This document shows, in pieces, positions 28,852-39,984 of a stretch of 63,025 bases of DNA (its first letter is position 1; every line of letters starts with the position of its first letter). Below the pieces are notes generated by a model. That model searched no databases, was not told the DNA's origin, and worked only from the letters and a program-made list of their open reading frames with translations. This DNA is from a virus (Duplodnaviria > Heunggongvirae > Uroviricota > Caudoviricetes): IMG/VR virus record IMGVR_UViG_3300031413_000001. One strand, 5' to 3'. The translations under genes were made by a program, and so were the position numbers.

Positions 28852-31800
28852 TTAGTTCATCTTCCTCTGAAGAGAACCATCAACGACCTCGCCACCTGGA
28901 ATCTGGATCACAGTTCCATCATTGCTGATTGTGAGACTTGCCATCGTATTACTGTCAATCTTCGCACCAGTTAGATGCCACTCGCTTCCGCGCTGCTCCA
29001 TGCCGGTGTAAGTTAGGCGAACGTTACCAATCCAAACCACGCCTGGAACATTGTAGTTGTCAAGAGGGATGATGTTCCAGCTCTTACCATTTCCAAGATC
29101 CACGAAGTCGGTGGAAACATCAACTTGAATGGTGCCGTTCCAGTTGGCCTTTTCACTTCCCTTGGTCTGGTTTACCACAGTTCCAATTGCACGCTTGCTG
29201 GGGTCATTGACGTTCACGATTGCAACACGAACGTTATTGCCCATCAGACCAGCGGGAAGACCATCCAGTTCATTGCTGTTCCTCAGCTTGAACGTCTTGG
29301 CTCCCTGGGTCGTCATATCAACCTGCGAGCTGCTACGGAAGCCCTTGCTGATTGCCACATCCCTCATGAAGCCCGTAGAAGGCCGCTGTGGGTTGTGAAG
29401 TGGGGTGTAGCCCTTGTTATCCTCTTGAGCCAACTGGCCTTGGATGACTAGTTCCCGCGCACTCTGATCGTATGATACGAAGTTAAGTGTGCCACGAGTC
29501 ACTGAGCTGTCCTGCCAGATACCCTTGGTGTCCATAAAGGACTTTTGGATCAGGTTGCCACTGCGGGTAACGTTGACGATAATGCTCTCTGCGCCCTTGA
29601 TGTAAACCAACTCGCGAGGACGATCGCCATTGATTCCGGGCTGGGCAAACACGTTGCCATCAACACGGATACCCGCGGGATCAGCATCATCAGCTGGAGT
29701 GGAGTTGCCGTCCAGGCGATCATAGTCATCACCTGCGCGTGCCCTGACTTCATTGGTCCAGAGGCTGCTATCCCACTCAAACACATCCCATGCACCATCG
29801 AGGAACGGGCTGCTGACAATCGTGCCATCGAATCCACATCCCTCAATCAAGTTGGGATCGTCGGTGCGTGCCATGCCAGGAAGTGGACGATAAGCCTCAA
29901 GGCGAGAAGCGGTTCCCATGTCGGGATCCTGATTCCAACCAATGGACTGGAACTCAACCCAATCAGCACCAGACCACATGAAGTTCTTCTTCAGTGCGAT
30001 AACGACCACAATGGAGCCTGGACGATCAGGAGCAACAATTCCCTTACGTACCAGATAGTTGCGCTCCTCGATGGTCTCAACTGCCTGATCCTGATAGTAG
30101 TTGGCCGAACCATTGGTGGCTCCTGCTCGATACTTGGCAGTCAACTGGCTTAGAGTCTGAAGCTGGCCACCACGCTGATCATAGACAACCAGCGATGGAT
30201 CCCAGGGGTTCACATCCCATCCACGAAGACTTCCACAGCTAACGCGATCATACTTGATCGTGGTCTTCAGCTTTCGAACGCCATTCCAATCCTTGTCCCA
30301 GTCGGCCACATCCTTGGCGTCCTTCTGGTAATTGGTGATCCAATCCTTCCAAGGACGATTCAGCGACATGATCTGAGTGTCAGCTGGGTTGTTGACGTCT
30401 AGGACGCGGTTTGCTGCACCATCAGGATACACAGGCTTGTCAAAGTCCGTGATCGCAAGGTCAGCAACATCGGGACCATAGCTTAGGCGACGAACGTATT
30501 CGCGAATCTTCACGTGGTAGGGCTTGACGTCCTCCAAGTATGCGATAACGTTGTCAATCTGGTCCTTGAATGCCACTGGGCTCTGACGAAGCGTTTCCGA
30601 GTAACCACCCAAGTAGAGGAATGATGTCTTAAACGCCCAGTCGATAACCATGCTCTGACGGAATGCACTCTTGACCATGCTGAAGAAGATCTTGTTCCTC
30701 TGAAGCGTGTCCAGAAGAATGGTCCTCATTGTGTTGAGCATGAACTCAATCTCACGACTACCATCACGATAGTTGATCATGTCTGCAAGGACCTGGATCC
30801 TATCAGGAGTCAAGCGCGCTTCCGGAGAGGTGTCCAATAGTGCTGAGACCTGCTCAGGACCAAACTCACGACGTGCGTTGTCGTAGAATGCGTCACTTAG
30901 CTTCATCGTGCTGTTGTGCTTGGCAACCTGATACTTGGTTGTGTTGGTGTACACATCCCAGGTCCAGCGACTATCAGTGTCAACATGGTCAATCTGAACC
31001 AACGTTCCCTTTAGAAGCGTTACGTCCAGGTTACCAGCAGCATCACGTGCCGCAGTGGTTGCAAAGCGATAGTTGGGGAAGTTCTTGGCCGACCAGTTGT
31101 CATCATACCAGTCAACGAGGTTCCACAATTCACCTTCCTGCATACGCCACTTCTGCGTGTCCTCAAGGATAAACTGACGAGCACCATTGATCTCAACCAT
31201 CTTCCAGAGGGTCCAGAAACCACTAGCTGCCTCAGTTGCTGGGATGAACACGCACTCATTTACTTGCACCAAGTTACGCGATGCTGGAATCAGTGCCTTC
31301 AACTCATCAAGATCCAACGCGGTCGTCACATAACGATCGCTGGTTGGTGGTGTCTCACCAGTCTCAAAGACCTCACGCCAGTTGTACCACTGATCGATGA
31401 ATGGCTGGGCAGCCAACACGTTGTTCATGATATCAACAAATGCCTCGCGTGCTTCGCGATGTGGACGCTGGCCACCATTGGGGCTTGGCTGCGCGGGGAA
31501 CCAGCTCTGACGAGGACGAACCAGCGAACCAACCTGCTGGGCACGCGGCAAACGTGCATCAGGAACTGGCTTCTTGGTTGCATCCCAGCCCACCAAGCTG
31601 TCGCGCATCTTGCTCCACAGACTGTCGTGGATTGTATTGCGCTCATCTTCCTCACGAAGGATGATCCACTGCTTGTGATGATTGTTGTGGATCTCTGCGT
31701 CGATGTTCCACTTTACCTTCAGGACAGTGTCGGTTTCATTCAGGAACTGCTTGATGCCGCCGACGATTACCTGGTTCTTGCCAATAACTGCGAAGAATGG

Positions 31801-34800
31801 AATGTCGTTGGCACTGGGGTTACCAATGATGTTTGAGACCTGCTGAGCACTCAGCTTTCGACCTGGGCGAAGTGGTGTAATCGATGGGTTGCGGACCCAG
31901 AAGTAATAGGCCAGTTCATCGGCCTGTGCTTCATCGTTCCACTCCTCGGATACCACATAGGGCACGACCAGAGGATCACGAATCTCACCGCTGGGCTTTC
32001 CATCAATCTTGAGGTTTGCCTTACTGGCCACGAAATCGTTCCAACCGCTGGGCAACACAGGGCTACGAACCCACTCATAGACATCAATGGAGATGCCTGG
32101 AGCGACTCGACCCCAATTCTTCCAGCGGTAGTTGATACCATGACCCATGTTGTCCTCAATCTCATAATCGAGGTAACGTGTGGTGCTCTGATCCCACCAA
32201 AGCTGGCCAACCTGCTCCTTGCCCCAAACATACTGAGTGTCGGAGTAGTTTGCTGGATCGACGATCATCTTGAACTCAAGCTCACGATCAGCCACACCAG
32301 GAATGTATCCCTTGGCAGGATCGTAAAGCTGAAGAACCATCTTCTGCTTGTTTTCCTTGGTGTTGAAGATTGCCGCGCTGGTCAGGAGATCGCTGTTTAC
32401 CTTTCGGTTCTGGCGACGAAGCTCAGTGAAGCCACCATTGACCATCTTGTATGTGGACCACAATCCTGCTTCCTCACCCGAGTCAACTTCCACAATGTCG
32501 CCATTGTTCCAAGTGTTGCCAATGGCTGGAATGGATGCCCTTGTGGGGTAGCGGGTCTTGATCCAAGTGTGGATGTCTGCAGTTGCTCCGGTTTCACCAA
32601 TGCCCACAGGAGTCACGCCGTTGGCATCATCAATCTGAACCAACTCACAACCACGAATGTAATAGTACTCAACCTCGATTACCAGACGGCCCTTGATACC
32701 CGTGCTGGACAGGTTTGCCATCATGTTGCGTGCCGGCGATACCACTGCGGTATTGAAGGGGAACATCGAGTAACCGCTTTCCTTGCTGAACGTGTAGGTT
32801 CGCTGGCGCGTTAGATCAACAACGTTGATTCCTGCGCTCTGGGTCCTCACGAACTTCAAATACTGGCGATCAGTCTCAGCACCATTGGTGCGAATGATCA
32901 GAGTTCCCTCCGAACCAGCTGGTTCGCCCTCGGTCATCAGCGGAAGCTGAATGTTCCTCAGATAGTTGGCATTGTCGGGAAGCGTGGGATCATAGTCGCT
33001 GGGGCGAGGGAATGTAACGTTCTGAACCAAACGGAACTGATCCCTAGCCCTGACCCACTCATACTCAACCGTTGTCTCACCGCAGACATTCAAGTTCTTA
33101 CCCACGCGAATCAAGTCAACGTCGGCAACATCTGCGCTTCCTGGAATGTAGGAAACTGCTGGTGTCTGGATCAACACCGTGTCATTGGGATAGTTGGTTG
33201 GATAGATGGGACGGACTTCTTCCTCACGAACAGCCACAAAGTAGTTGGGGTCATTCTCATGACCAATCTCCAACACGGAGCCCTCTTCAAAAGCATCCAG
33301 GACTGTTACCTTGATGCTCTTGATCAGCTGGTATGCTTCTGGCATAAAGCCCATCAGGAACACGTTGGGGTTGCTCATTGCATCAATAGTCTGGATCACA
33401 CGACCATGGAACTTGGGCGTGTAGGTCTGACGAGCCTGCAGGTTGTTTCCAAGCAGGTTCTTCATGATCAGCTTTTCACCACTGATTGGGTAACCAGTGA
33501 TGCTGGAAAGCAAGCCACTCTTGATGTTCTGACTCAAGTAGAAGTCGTCGGGATTTCCCACACCATCCGCAAAGCCATTAACTGTCTGATCAAGCTGCAC
33601 GACTGCGCCCTGATCCGCATAGGTTCCAGGGAAGATGTTGAGCATGTTGAAGCCAGTGTCATGGAACTTGTAGGTCTTCCAAGCATTGAAGTTTGGCGAA
33701 CCATCAGGGTTCTTTGCACCCATTCCATAAATCCAAGCACGATCACCTGCATTGATGGGTTCCTGTGCGTCCAGCTGGTCTCCGTAGAGGTTTCCAAATG
33801 CCACATCATCATGAACTGCAAAGCGTACTTCATCCAAGTTCACGAAGCCGGCGGTTGGCAGATCATCAGGACCATATTCCTTGACAGGCCAGGTGATCTT
33901 GTTCATGTCTGGGCGCCAGGTCCAACGCTCATCAAAACCATCTAGGACACCATCGACCGTGAAGTCGGTTACCTTGATGACACCATAGGTGTTGCTGGTC
34001 GTCGTTCCATGCGGTGCTTGTTCAAAGCTGATCAACTGTGGGTTGTGCTTGAACTCGCTCTGGCGGATCTGAATGTCCAGCGAGGGGCTGACTTCCTGAC
34101 CACCATAGGAACCTGCACGGAATGCCCACTCCTCAAACAACTTCAAGCCCTTGTTGTGGCGTACAAAGTTGCTGCGAAGGAGACGACGCATCGCCGTTGG
34201 GCTGCCCTTTTGCTGGATCATGCCCTGATAGAACTCAAACTGGTTTGTTGGTGTCAGGAGTAGATTGTTGAGGTATTCCTTTTCCTCATAACCAAAGTTC
34301 GCACGAGCACGGTCCTGGAGAACCTTGTTCTCCATGGATTCAGTTTCAAAGAACCTCCTGAAGTCATCGGCAGCGCGTTCAAAGTTTGGCGTCAGTGTGT
34401 CGCCGGTAACGATGAAGCCTGGAGCGTCGATGCGACCCTTCCAACCCACAGTCTTAAAGCCCTGAACACGCAACCTTGGCTGCTTGATGTTGAGGAGTGG
34501 ACTGTAGATGGTGTCACCAAAGATCGTCTGGTTGTTGAAGACCAAAACGTGCTCTAGTTCACTGATGTAGAGGCGGAGACCAAAGATACCACCACTCACG
34601 CTGTCGCAGGATACCGACAGGTTGCCATCATTGCGGATGACTCGTGTCTTCTGATTGTCAATGGGCTGGCCATTCTGATCCACAACCGCATAGAGGCCGT
34701 TGACAATCTGCTCAATGGGCTGGATTGTTCCCGTGTCACTCTTGAACTGAACCAGCTTGCTGCTGGGGCTCAACGCAATGTAGTCGCCTGCTTCCCTCTG

Positions 34801-37800
34801 GGCATTGTTGCTCCACAGGATAAAGTTCTTCAGGGAGTTCTGCCAATCACGAATCTCTTGGTCGCCATCAACGTTGGTAAACAACCAACCACGGCTTTCC
34901 AAGTAGCGCTCATAGCCGTTCATAAAGTCAGCGACGTCCTGAGGAGTCTTCAAGACCGTTCCATAGGGAACCTTGACCACTGGTGCTTCAAACTCGCCTT
35001 CGAGTGCCCACGAAAGACTGGTTCCATCGGCATACTGAGGGCGGGCAACCTGCAACCAAAACTCTGGCTCAAAGTAGCTTGAGCTGGTGTGAGTCTTCAG
35101 CGAGCGATAGAAGTTATCGCCTTCCTTGACTGTTAGGTTGACGCTGTAATAGGTGCTGGGCCTCCAGCTGGGAACGCTGGCAGCCGCTGCGCCACTACCC
35201 ACGCTGGTCTTGGGACCAAACTGGTTTCCGTTGATGATGGAAAAGTAGGGATTCAGTGCGTCATAGCCCTGGATCTGATAACCACGACCTGTCCACTCAA
35301 TAGCCAGACCGCTGTATGTTTCCTCACGGACACTTGGCGACCTGTAGAGCGTTACCGTGACGTCCTCGCTGGGAATACGACCAAATGCGTCGGAGACCGT
35401 AACGAGTGTGGTAGCGTCGGTGAATCCTGCAACCTTGTAGCTGAGCTGAGTTCCCAGACCACGAACCTTGACCGCAAGGTTTTCGTTGATCGAGGAGTTC
35501 TTGCTGGACAACAGATCAGAGATCCACTGCTGAATTCCAACCTTGGTTACTAGACTCAAGTCCTCGAGGACCTCACCATGAACCTGCAATTCTGCGTGAC
35601 GGCTACGACCCTTGGTGTCCTGATTTAGAAGCTGCTCGCTCTTGGTTCCCTTGAAGAACAAGCCCAGGTCCTGGGTGTTCCAACCCATTTCCACAAAAGC
35701 TGCTGGCTTCATCAGGTAAGCAGAAGTTGCTGCCGCGAAAGCATACGCGGACGAACGCCTCCAGCTCTGTTCAACAGGACCCAGGTCTCCCCAATCCCAG
35801 TCGGCCCTACGGTCGCTGATTGTGGGAACACTCTGTAGGATTCCGCAGCCTAGAACTGGCTCGTTGACAACCTTCCACTTGCTTTCATCAAACTCTGCTT
35901 CCGACTTGTGGTTTTCCAGTGCCTGGATCCAAACAACGGGGAGATTGGGAAGTGCCAACTGAACGGTCTGACGTGCAATGAACGAAGTATCGGCGGTCCA
36001 GAAGCCATAGAACGTGGAAGTGTCGTACTCGAACTCGCTGCACTTTTCTTCATTGATTACACCATCGGTGGTCAACATGCTGGGATAGTTGCCATCGCCT
36101 GCAAGGTTTCTGGGACCAGGATGACGAAGACGACCACGAGGATCCACAGGAATATGCTGGGTAACGCCTGGACGTGCCCATTCCTTGTTGATTCCCTGAC
36201 GATCACCATCGTCGATGTATCCGGCTTCAATGTCCTCCCAGAGAACCAAGTTCTCGCTGGTGTAAGGTGCGCTGCCATAGCGAGCATCCCACCAGCTGGG
36301 CTTACGAGCAAATCCCAAGCATTCCCAAGGAGTTAGATCAGGGCGCTGAGTTCCGTAGAACTTCTGATAGATTCCGCGCCAGTGACCGGGAACACCCTGG
36401 CTGCTCCAGTTCCAAGTCCAAGGATCATGCAGATCGACCTGATCATTTTCCTTGTAATCCAGACGGAATGTGACTGCCCAGCGCTCAAAGGATGGACGCA
36501 GGATCTGAAGCCACTCATCATGGCTGTAATCGTTGACACGATACTGATCACCATGCGTTGCATCAAAGTCCACAACAGGACGTTCACGATCACGAACAGT
36601 TGCTGGAATGCTGTTGAAGATTCTCTCTTCAAGCGCCAAGCAAACGGCCGCTGTGGTGCCATCTTCAATCTGAGAGATGGAGCCATCGTGTCCACGAAGG
36701 AACCAAACAGTCGTCCTGCCACCGGTGGTCTGAACTTCCTCAGACATCAGTGCTGGCTGGAAGATTGGATACACACCAAGATAGCTGGGCGTTGCAGGAA
36801 TGAACGTTGGAAGCTGATTTCCCTCATCCTTTGCCATACCGCTGAGGTAAAATGCAAAGTGCTTGGTCTTGCCCTTGTTGAGCTCGTCCAGTGCGGTGTT
36901 GATCCACACATTGTAGGGAGTGGATGCTGTCAAACGACCACTCGTCACATAGCTGAGAACCTTCTGCTGGAACTTGTCCTTGAAGCGACTGTACTCACTC
37001 TCACTGTAGCGGATAGCCGCTGTGATATCCAGCTGGCTCTGACTTGCCAACAACATGGTCTTGAGCAAACCAGCTGAGTGCTGGATGATATGCGTGCCAA
37101 GTGTGGTGTCACGGGCAGTGTCACGGTAATTGTTGTCCGCGTACTCCGCACCAGTGAAGCCGGGCTGCTTCTTGATGATCTCACTGAAGTGATCATAGAA
37201 GTCGCCCTTGGTTACCTGCGAGATCGCATCGTTGTCTGGGTTGGCCTGAAGATTCAGAGGAACCTCATAGTGACCAGTCGCATCCTGTGGAGGATTGCGG
37301 TCACTGTAGGTCTTGATCTCAATGATGTCACCGCGCTTGATGTCGATGATCATGATGTCGCGGTTGACGCGAATGAAGTCACGATCCTCAACCAGCGTGA
37401 TGCGTTCAAAGCTCTTGCTGGAGTTCACGCGACCAACGATTACGTTGATCTCCTGTGCATCCTGGCTGACCTTGAACAGCTTGGTACGACCATCACTCAC
37501 ATAGCGGTCAACCATGAACTGACGAGTCTGGCCAGCGGCCTTATACCAGTCGTTGCTTAGGTGACCATCTTCACTGTGAAAATAAAAGCCATTGATTGGA
37601 AGAGGCTTACCACCAACCACATACTCATAGGAGTTGGTGTGGAGGTAGTTCTCAAAGAGGATCTGACCCTTGTTGTCATGAAGTAGTGGGATGCCAAGAA
37701 TCTTGTCAGCTACTCGCGTGCCCGTGTTATCCAGCTTGTAACTGAACAGCTTGCTTCCGTTGAAGTTGCTGTTGGGGTACAGGAATGGATCACGAAGGCT

Positions 37801-39984
37801 GGAACCGTTGAGGTCATAGAGCTCAAACAGCGGAGCCTGGTTGGCACGAAGCTTGGACTGACTTTGTGCCCAGTTGCTGCCGTCCCAGTGGAAATTCTTT
37901 CCTTGATAGCTTCCCAGTCGAATACGAACAACTTCTCCGTACTCGGGCAGGCCGCTGGGGTTCTGACCATCGGTCTCAAGGATCAACTTCAGGACGTTGC
38001 CCTGGTTTACGAGAACGAACACATTGTTGTTGAGCAGAGGGTTGACTGTGTTGCGGATCAGCAAGCGAATGCTCTCCACGTCACCATAGACCACACCGGT
38101 ATCTGGGTTCACTGCATCAACAGTGATCAGATTGGAGCCCAGCGTTCTGATGCGAACTCCACCAAGTGTGACATCCTGCGGCCACTGATTCAGGTAGCCG
38201 TTGACATCCTCAATGTTGTCAACCAAGACATCAACGTCTAGGCGACGAGTCAGACCATAGTTGAACATCTCTACATCGCGATTGAACTCAACGATTGGAC
38301 GAGTTGCGCGATGAGCCTGTACAAAGTCGGGATCCAAGTTGGGAGACAAGGTGGACACGTGGAACCAACGGTTGCCAGTTGACCACTCATTACGGTTCTT
38401 GGAACCACGCTCGATGACCATGTAGTCGGGAGTTGCTGATCCCTTGAGATTTTCCTCAAGGAGAAACAAGCTGCGACCCACATTTTCCACAATCCAAACG
38501 TTGCCATTTGTGTAGTCGGTGTTCTTGTCCAGCTTTACCGTGATCCTCATGCCACTGCTCAGCTTGACTCCACCGAACGCACGAGGATCGGGAGTTGCCT
38601 GACCAACGGCGTTGTTTTCCAAGTCGCTGTAAACGGAGATCTGAACATCCGCATCTGCTGCTGGGCGCTGATTGAATGTGATCGTGGTAGCGCCAGGAGT
38701 ATAAGTGAAGGGACGGCTCACGCCATCAACCAACGCTGTGATCAAATCCTGATTTAGCAAGCTGAGGTCGTAGAACTTCTTGAGCTCAGGATCCGAAGTG
38801 CCATAACCGGGAAGGTTCCACACCGAGGTCGTGCCATCGCTTACCTGCGTGTGACTGGGACCATAGACGAGGATAGTTGTGGTGTCGCTTCGGCTCTGGA
38901 AGACTCGAACGTTATCTAGACCAAGACCCTCGTTCGTCGTGGGCTCATCTGCTACCAGACCAAAGCCCAGCTTGAGTGTCTTACCAGTTCCAGTCAGGCT
39001 GATCGAGAAGTTGTAGACACGATCATAGTAATTGCTGGGCTGATTGGTCTGTGGCGTGTTGGGAACAACATGATCACCATCGAGGTCACTGTCAACACCC
39101 GGCGAGGTGATGTTGTAGGTTCCCTTGATATCACCAAGATCAAAGCTACCATTTCCAAGGCTGCTACCACCAAGACCACTGATGCCCACTGGTGTAAAGT
39201 TGAAAGCCAGCTGGTCATTGATCCAAACGGAGCAATGCTCATCACCGTAAGCGGCTGGCGGTTGAACGCCACCAACACCAGCGACAGTATCCCAGGAGTT
39301 CAACTTGAGCATGTCCAGCTGAATGTCAGTGGTTGTTGAGCTGCCATTGAGTGTGAAGGTCTTGCTTACCTGCTGCTGATCGGTGGGCAGTCCACCAAGA
39401 GTTCCCAGATACTTGCTGAGACCCTTGTAGGGACCCTCGGTGTTGGCCGGTGAACCATCAGCCAGCGTCCAGCCATTGGGACCATCATCAAACGTGCTCG
39501 TTGGTTCCACGTCATCAACTGGAAGCCAGACATACTGGCGGAAGTTGACCATCTTGTCCAGGTCGATGGGCGGGCACCAAGTGTAATAGTCCTGCGAGAA
39601 CAGTCGGTTGTGGTTTTCAGTCAGGGCTCCCTGAAAGCGCAACTGATTGATCAGGTCGCTGTAAGGGAGAAGATCCGTTAGATCACCCTCAGCGGAACGG
39701 CTGACCATGCCAGCTTCCAGCTGATAGAAGGTACGATCGCTCGTGCCCTCTTCCAAGTAATAGTCCTGATCGGGATCATACCAAAGCGGCTTCTGACCCA
39801 CATAACCATTGATTGCTCGACCCTTGCCTGGATCAAAGAGATGATCGGCACTGGCGCCAAAGAACTTTGTAAGAGTCTCAGTCTGGTGAACACCAGGAAG
39901 CTGCTTGATTACACGACGCTTTTCGTGACTGTCCTGATCGAGAACAATGGGAGTAAATGCAAAAGGATTGTTGTTTTTGGCCAT
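28852..39984 (-). CDS. giant (3710 aa) baseplate/virion structural protein
   Basis: Uninterrupted ORF after the gp6-like gene; VKPYH motif. Confidence 0.75.
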   Translation of the reverse strand: MAKNNNPFAFTPIVLDQDSHEKRRVIKQLPGVHQTETLTKFFGASADHLFDPGKGRAINGYVGQKPLWYDPDQDYYLEEGTSDRTFYQLEAGMVSRSAEGDLTDLLPYSDLINQLRFQGALTENHNRLFSQDYYTWCPPIDLDKMVNFRQYVWLPVDDVEPTSTFDDGPNGWTLADGSPANTEGPYKGLSKYLGTLGGLPTDQQQVSKTFTLNGSSTTTDIQLDMLKLNSWDTVAGVGGVQPPAAYGDEHCSVWINDQLAFNFTPVGISGLGGSSLGNGSFDLGDIKGTYNITSPGVDSDLDGDHVVPNTPQTNQPSNYYDRVYNFSISLTGTGKTLKLGFGLVADEPTTNEGLGLDNVRVFQSRSDTTTILVYGPSHTQVSDGTTSVWNLPGYGTSDPELKKFYDLSLLNQDLITALVDGVSRPFTYTPGATTITFNQRPAADADVQISVYSDLENNAVGQATPDPRAFGGVKLSSGMRITVKLDKNTDYTNGNVWIVENVGRSLFLLEENLKGSATPDYMVIERGSKNRNEWSTGNRWFHVSTLSPNLDPDFVQAHRATRPIVEFNRDVEMFNYGLTRRLDVDVLVDNIEDVNGYLNQWPQDVTLGGVRIRTLGSNLITVDAVNPDTGVVYGDVESIRLLIRNTVNPLLNNNVFVLVNQGNVLKLILETDGQNPSGLPEYGEVVRIRLGSYQGKNFHWDGSNWAQSQSKLRANQAPLFELYDLNGSSLRDPFLYPNSNFNGSKLFSYKLDNTGTRVADKILGIPLLHDNKGQILFENYLHTNSYEYVVGGKPLPINGFYFHSEDGHLSNDWYKAAGQTRQFMVDRYVSDGRTKLFKVSQDAQEINVIVGRVNSSKSFERITLVEDRDFIRVNRDIMIIDIKRGDIIEIKTYSDRNPPQDATGHYEVPLNLQANPDNDAISQVTKGDFYDHFSEIIKKQPGFTGAEYADNNYRDTARDTTLGTHIIQHSAGLLKTMLLASQSQLDITAAIRYSESEYSRFKDKFQQKVLSYVTSGRLTASTPYNVWINTALDELNKGKTKHFAFYLSGMAKDEGNQLPTFIPATPSYLGVYPIFQPALMSEEVQTTGGRTTVWFLRGHDGSISQIEDGTTAAVCLALEERIFNSIPATVRDRERPVVDFDATHGDQYRVNDYSHDEWLQILRPSFERWAVTFRLDYKENDQVDLHDPWTWNWSSQGVPGHWRGIYQKFYGTQRPDLTPWECLGFARKPSWWDARYGSAPYTSENLVLWEDIEAGYIDDGDRQGINKEWARPGVTQHIPVDPRGRLRHPGPRNLAGDGNYPSMLTTDGVINEEKCSEFEYDTSTFYGFWTADTSFIARQTVQLALPNLPVVWIQALENHKSEAEFDESKWKVVNEPVLGCGILQSVPTISDRRADWDWGDLGPVEQSWRRSSAYAFAAATSAYLMKPAAFVEMGWNTQDLGLFFKGTKSEQLLNQDTKGRSRHAELQVHGEVLEDLSLVTKVGIQQWISDLLSSKNSSINENLAVKVRGLGTQLSYKVAGFTDATTLVTVSDAFGRIPSEDVTVTLYRSPSVREETYSGLAIEWTGRGYQIQGYDALNPYFSIINGNQFGPKTSVGSGAAAASVPSWRPSTYYSVNLTVKEGDNFYRSLKTHTSSSYFEPEFWLQVARPQYADGTSLSWALEGEFEAPVVKVPYGTVLKTPQDVADFMNGYERYLESRGWLFTNVDGDQEIRDWQNSLKNFILWSNNAQREAGDYIALSPSSKLVQFKSDTGTIQPIEQIVNGLYAVVDQNGQPIDNQKTRVIRNDGNLSVSCDSVSGGIFGLRLYISELEHVLVFNNQTIFGDTIYSPLLNIKQPRLRVQGFKTVGWKGRIDAPGFIVTGDTLTPNFERAADDFRRFFETESMENKVLQDRARANFGYEEKEYLNNLLLTPTNQFEFYQGMIQQKGSPTAMRRLLRSNFVRHNKGLKLFEEWAFRAGSYGGQEVSPSLDIQIRQSEFKHNPQLISFEQAPHGTTTSNTYGVIKVTDFTVDGVLDGFDERWTWRPDMNKITWPVKEYGPDDLPTAGFVNLDEVRFAVHDDVAFGNLYGDQLDAQEPINAGDRAWIYGMGAKNPDGSPNFNAWKTYKFHDTGFNMLNIFPGTYADQGAVVQLDQTVNGFADGVGNPDDFYLSQNIKSGLLSSITGYPISGEKLIMKNLLGNNLQARQTYTPKFHGRVIQTIDAMSNPNVFLMGFMPEAYQLIKSIKVTVLDAFEEGSVLEIGHENDPNYFVAVREEEVRPIYPTNYPNDTVLIQTPAVSYIPGSADVADVDLIRVGKNLNVCGETTVEYEWVRARDQFRLVQNVTFPRPSDYDPTLPDNANYLRNIQLPLMTEGEPAGSEGTLIIRTNGAETDRQYLKFVRTQSAGINVVDLTRQRTYTFSKESGYSMFPFNTAVVSPARNMMANLSSTGIKGRLVIEVEYYYIRGCELVQIDDANGVTPVGIGETGATADIHTWIKTRYPTRASIPAIGNTWNNGDIVEVDSGEEAGLWSTYKMVNGGFTELRRQNRKVNSDLLTSAAIFNTKENKQKMVLQLYDPAKGYIPGVADRELEFKMIVDPANYSDTQYVWGKEQVGQLWWDQSTTRYLDYEIEDNMGHGINYRWKNWGRVAPGISIDVYEWVRSPVLPSGWNDFVASKANLKIDGKPSGEIRDPLVVPYVVSEEWNDEAQADELAYYFWVRNPSITPLRPGRKLSAQQVSNIIGNPSANDIPFFAVIGKNQVIVGGIKQFLNETDTVLKVKWNIDAEIHNNHHKQWIILREEDERNTIHDSLWSKMRDSLVGWDATKKPVPDARLPRAQQVGSLVRPRQSWFPAQPSPNGGQRPHREAREAFVDIMNNVLAAQPFIDQWYNWREVFETGETPPTSDRYVTTALDLDELKALIPASRNLVQVNECVFIPATEAASGFWTLWKMVEINGARQFILEDTQKWRMQEGELWNLVDWYDDNWSAKNFPNYRFATTAARDAAGNLDVTLLKGTLVQIDHVDTDSRWTWDVYTNTTKYQVAKHNSTMKLSDAFYDNARREFGPEQVSALLDTSPEARLTPDRIQVLADMINYRDGSREIEFMLNTMRTILLDTLQRNKIFFSMVKSAFRQSMVIDWAFKTSFLYLGGYSETLRQSPVAFKDQIDNVIAYLEDVKPYHVKIREYVRRLSYGPDVADLAITDFDKPVYPDGAANRVLDVNNPADTQIMSLNRPWKDWITNYQKDAKDVADWDKDWNGVRKLKTTIKYDRVSCGSLRGWDVNPWDPSLVVYDQRGGQLQTLSQLTAKYRAGATNGSANYYQDQAVETIEERNYLVRKGIVAPDRPGSIVVVIALKKNFMWSGADWVEFQSIGWNQDPDMGTASRLEAYRPLPGMARTDDPNLIEGCGFDGTIVSSPFLDGAWDVFEWDSSLWTNEVRARAGDDYDRLDGNSTPADDADPAGIRVDGNVFAQPGINGDRPRELVYIKGAESIIVNVTRSGNLIQKSFMDTKGIWQDSSVTRGTLNFVSYDQSARELVIQGQLAQEDNKGYTPLHNPQRPSTGFMRDVAISKGFRSSSQVDMTTQGAKTFKLRNSNELDGLPAGLMGNNVRVAIVNVNDPSKRAIGTVVNQTKGSEKANWNGTIQVDVSTDFVDLGNGKSWNIIPLDNYNVPGVVWIGNVRLTYTGMEQRGSEWHLTGAKIDSNTMASLTISNDGTVIQIPGGEVVDGSLQRKMN

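Noticed and set aside
28852-39984. Intein in the giant protein
   Set aside because: No intein splice-junction or LAGLIDADG motifs recognised.
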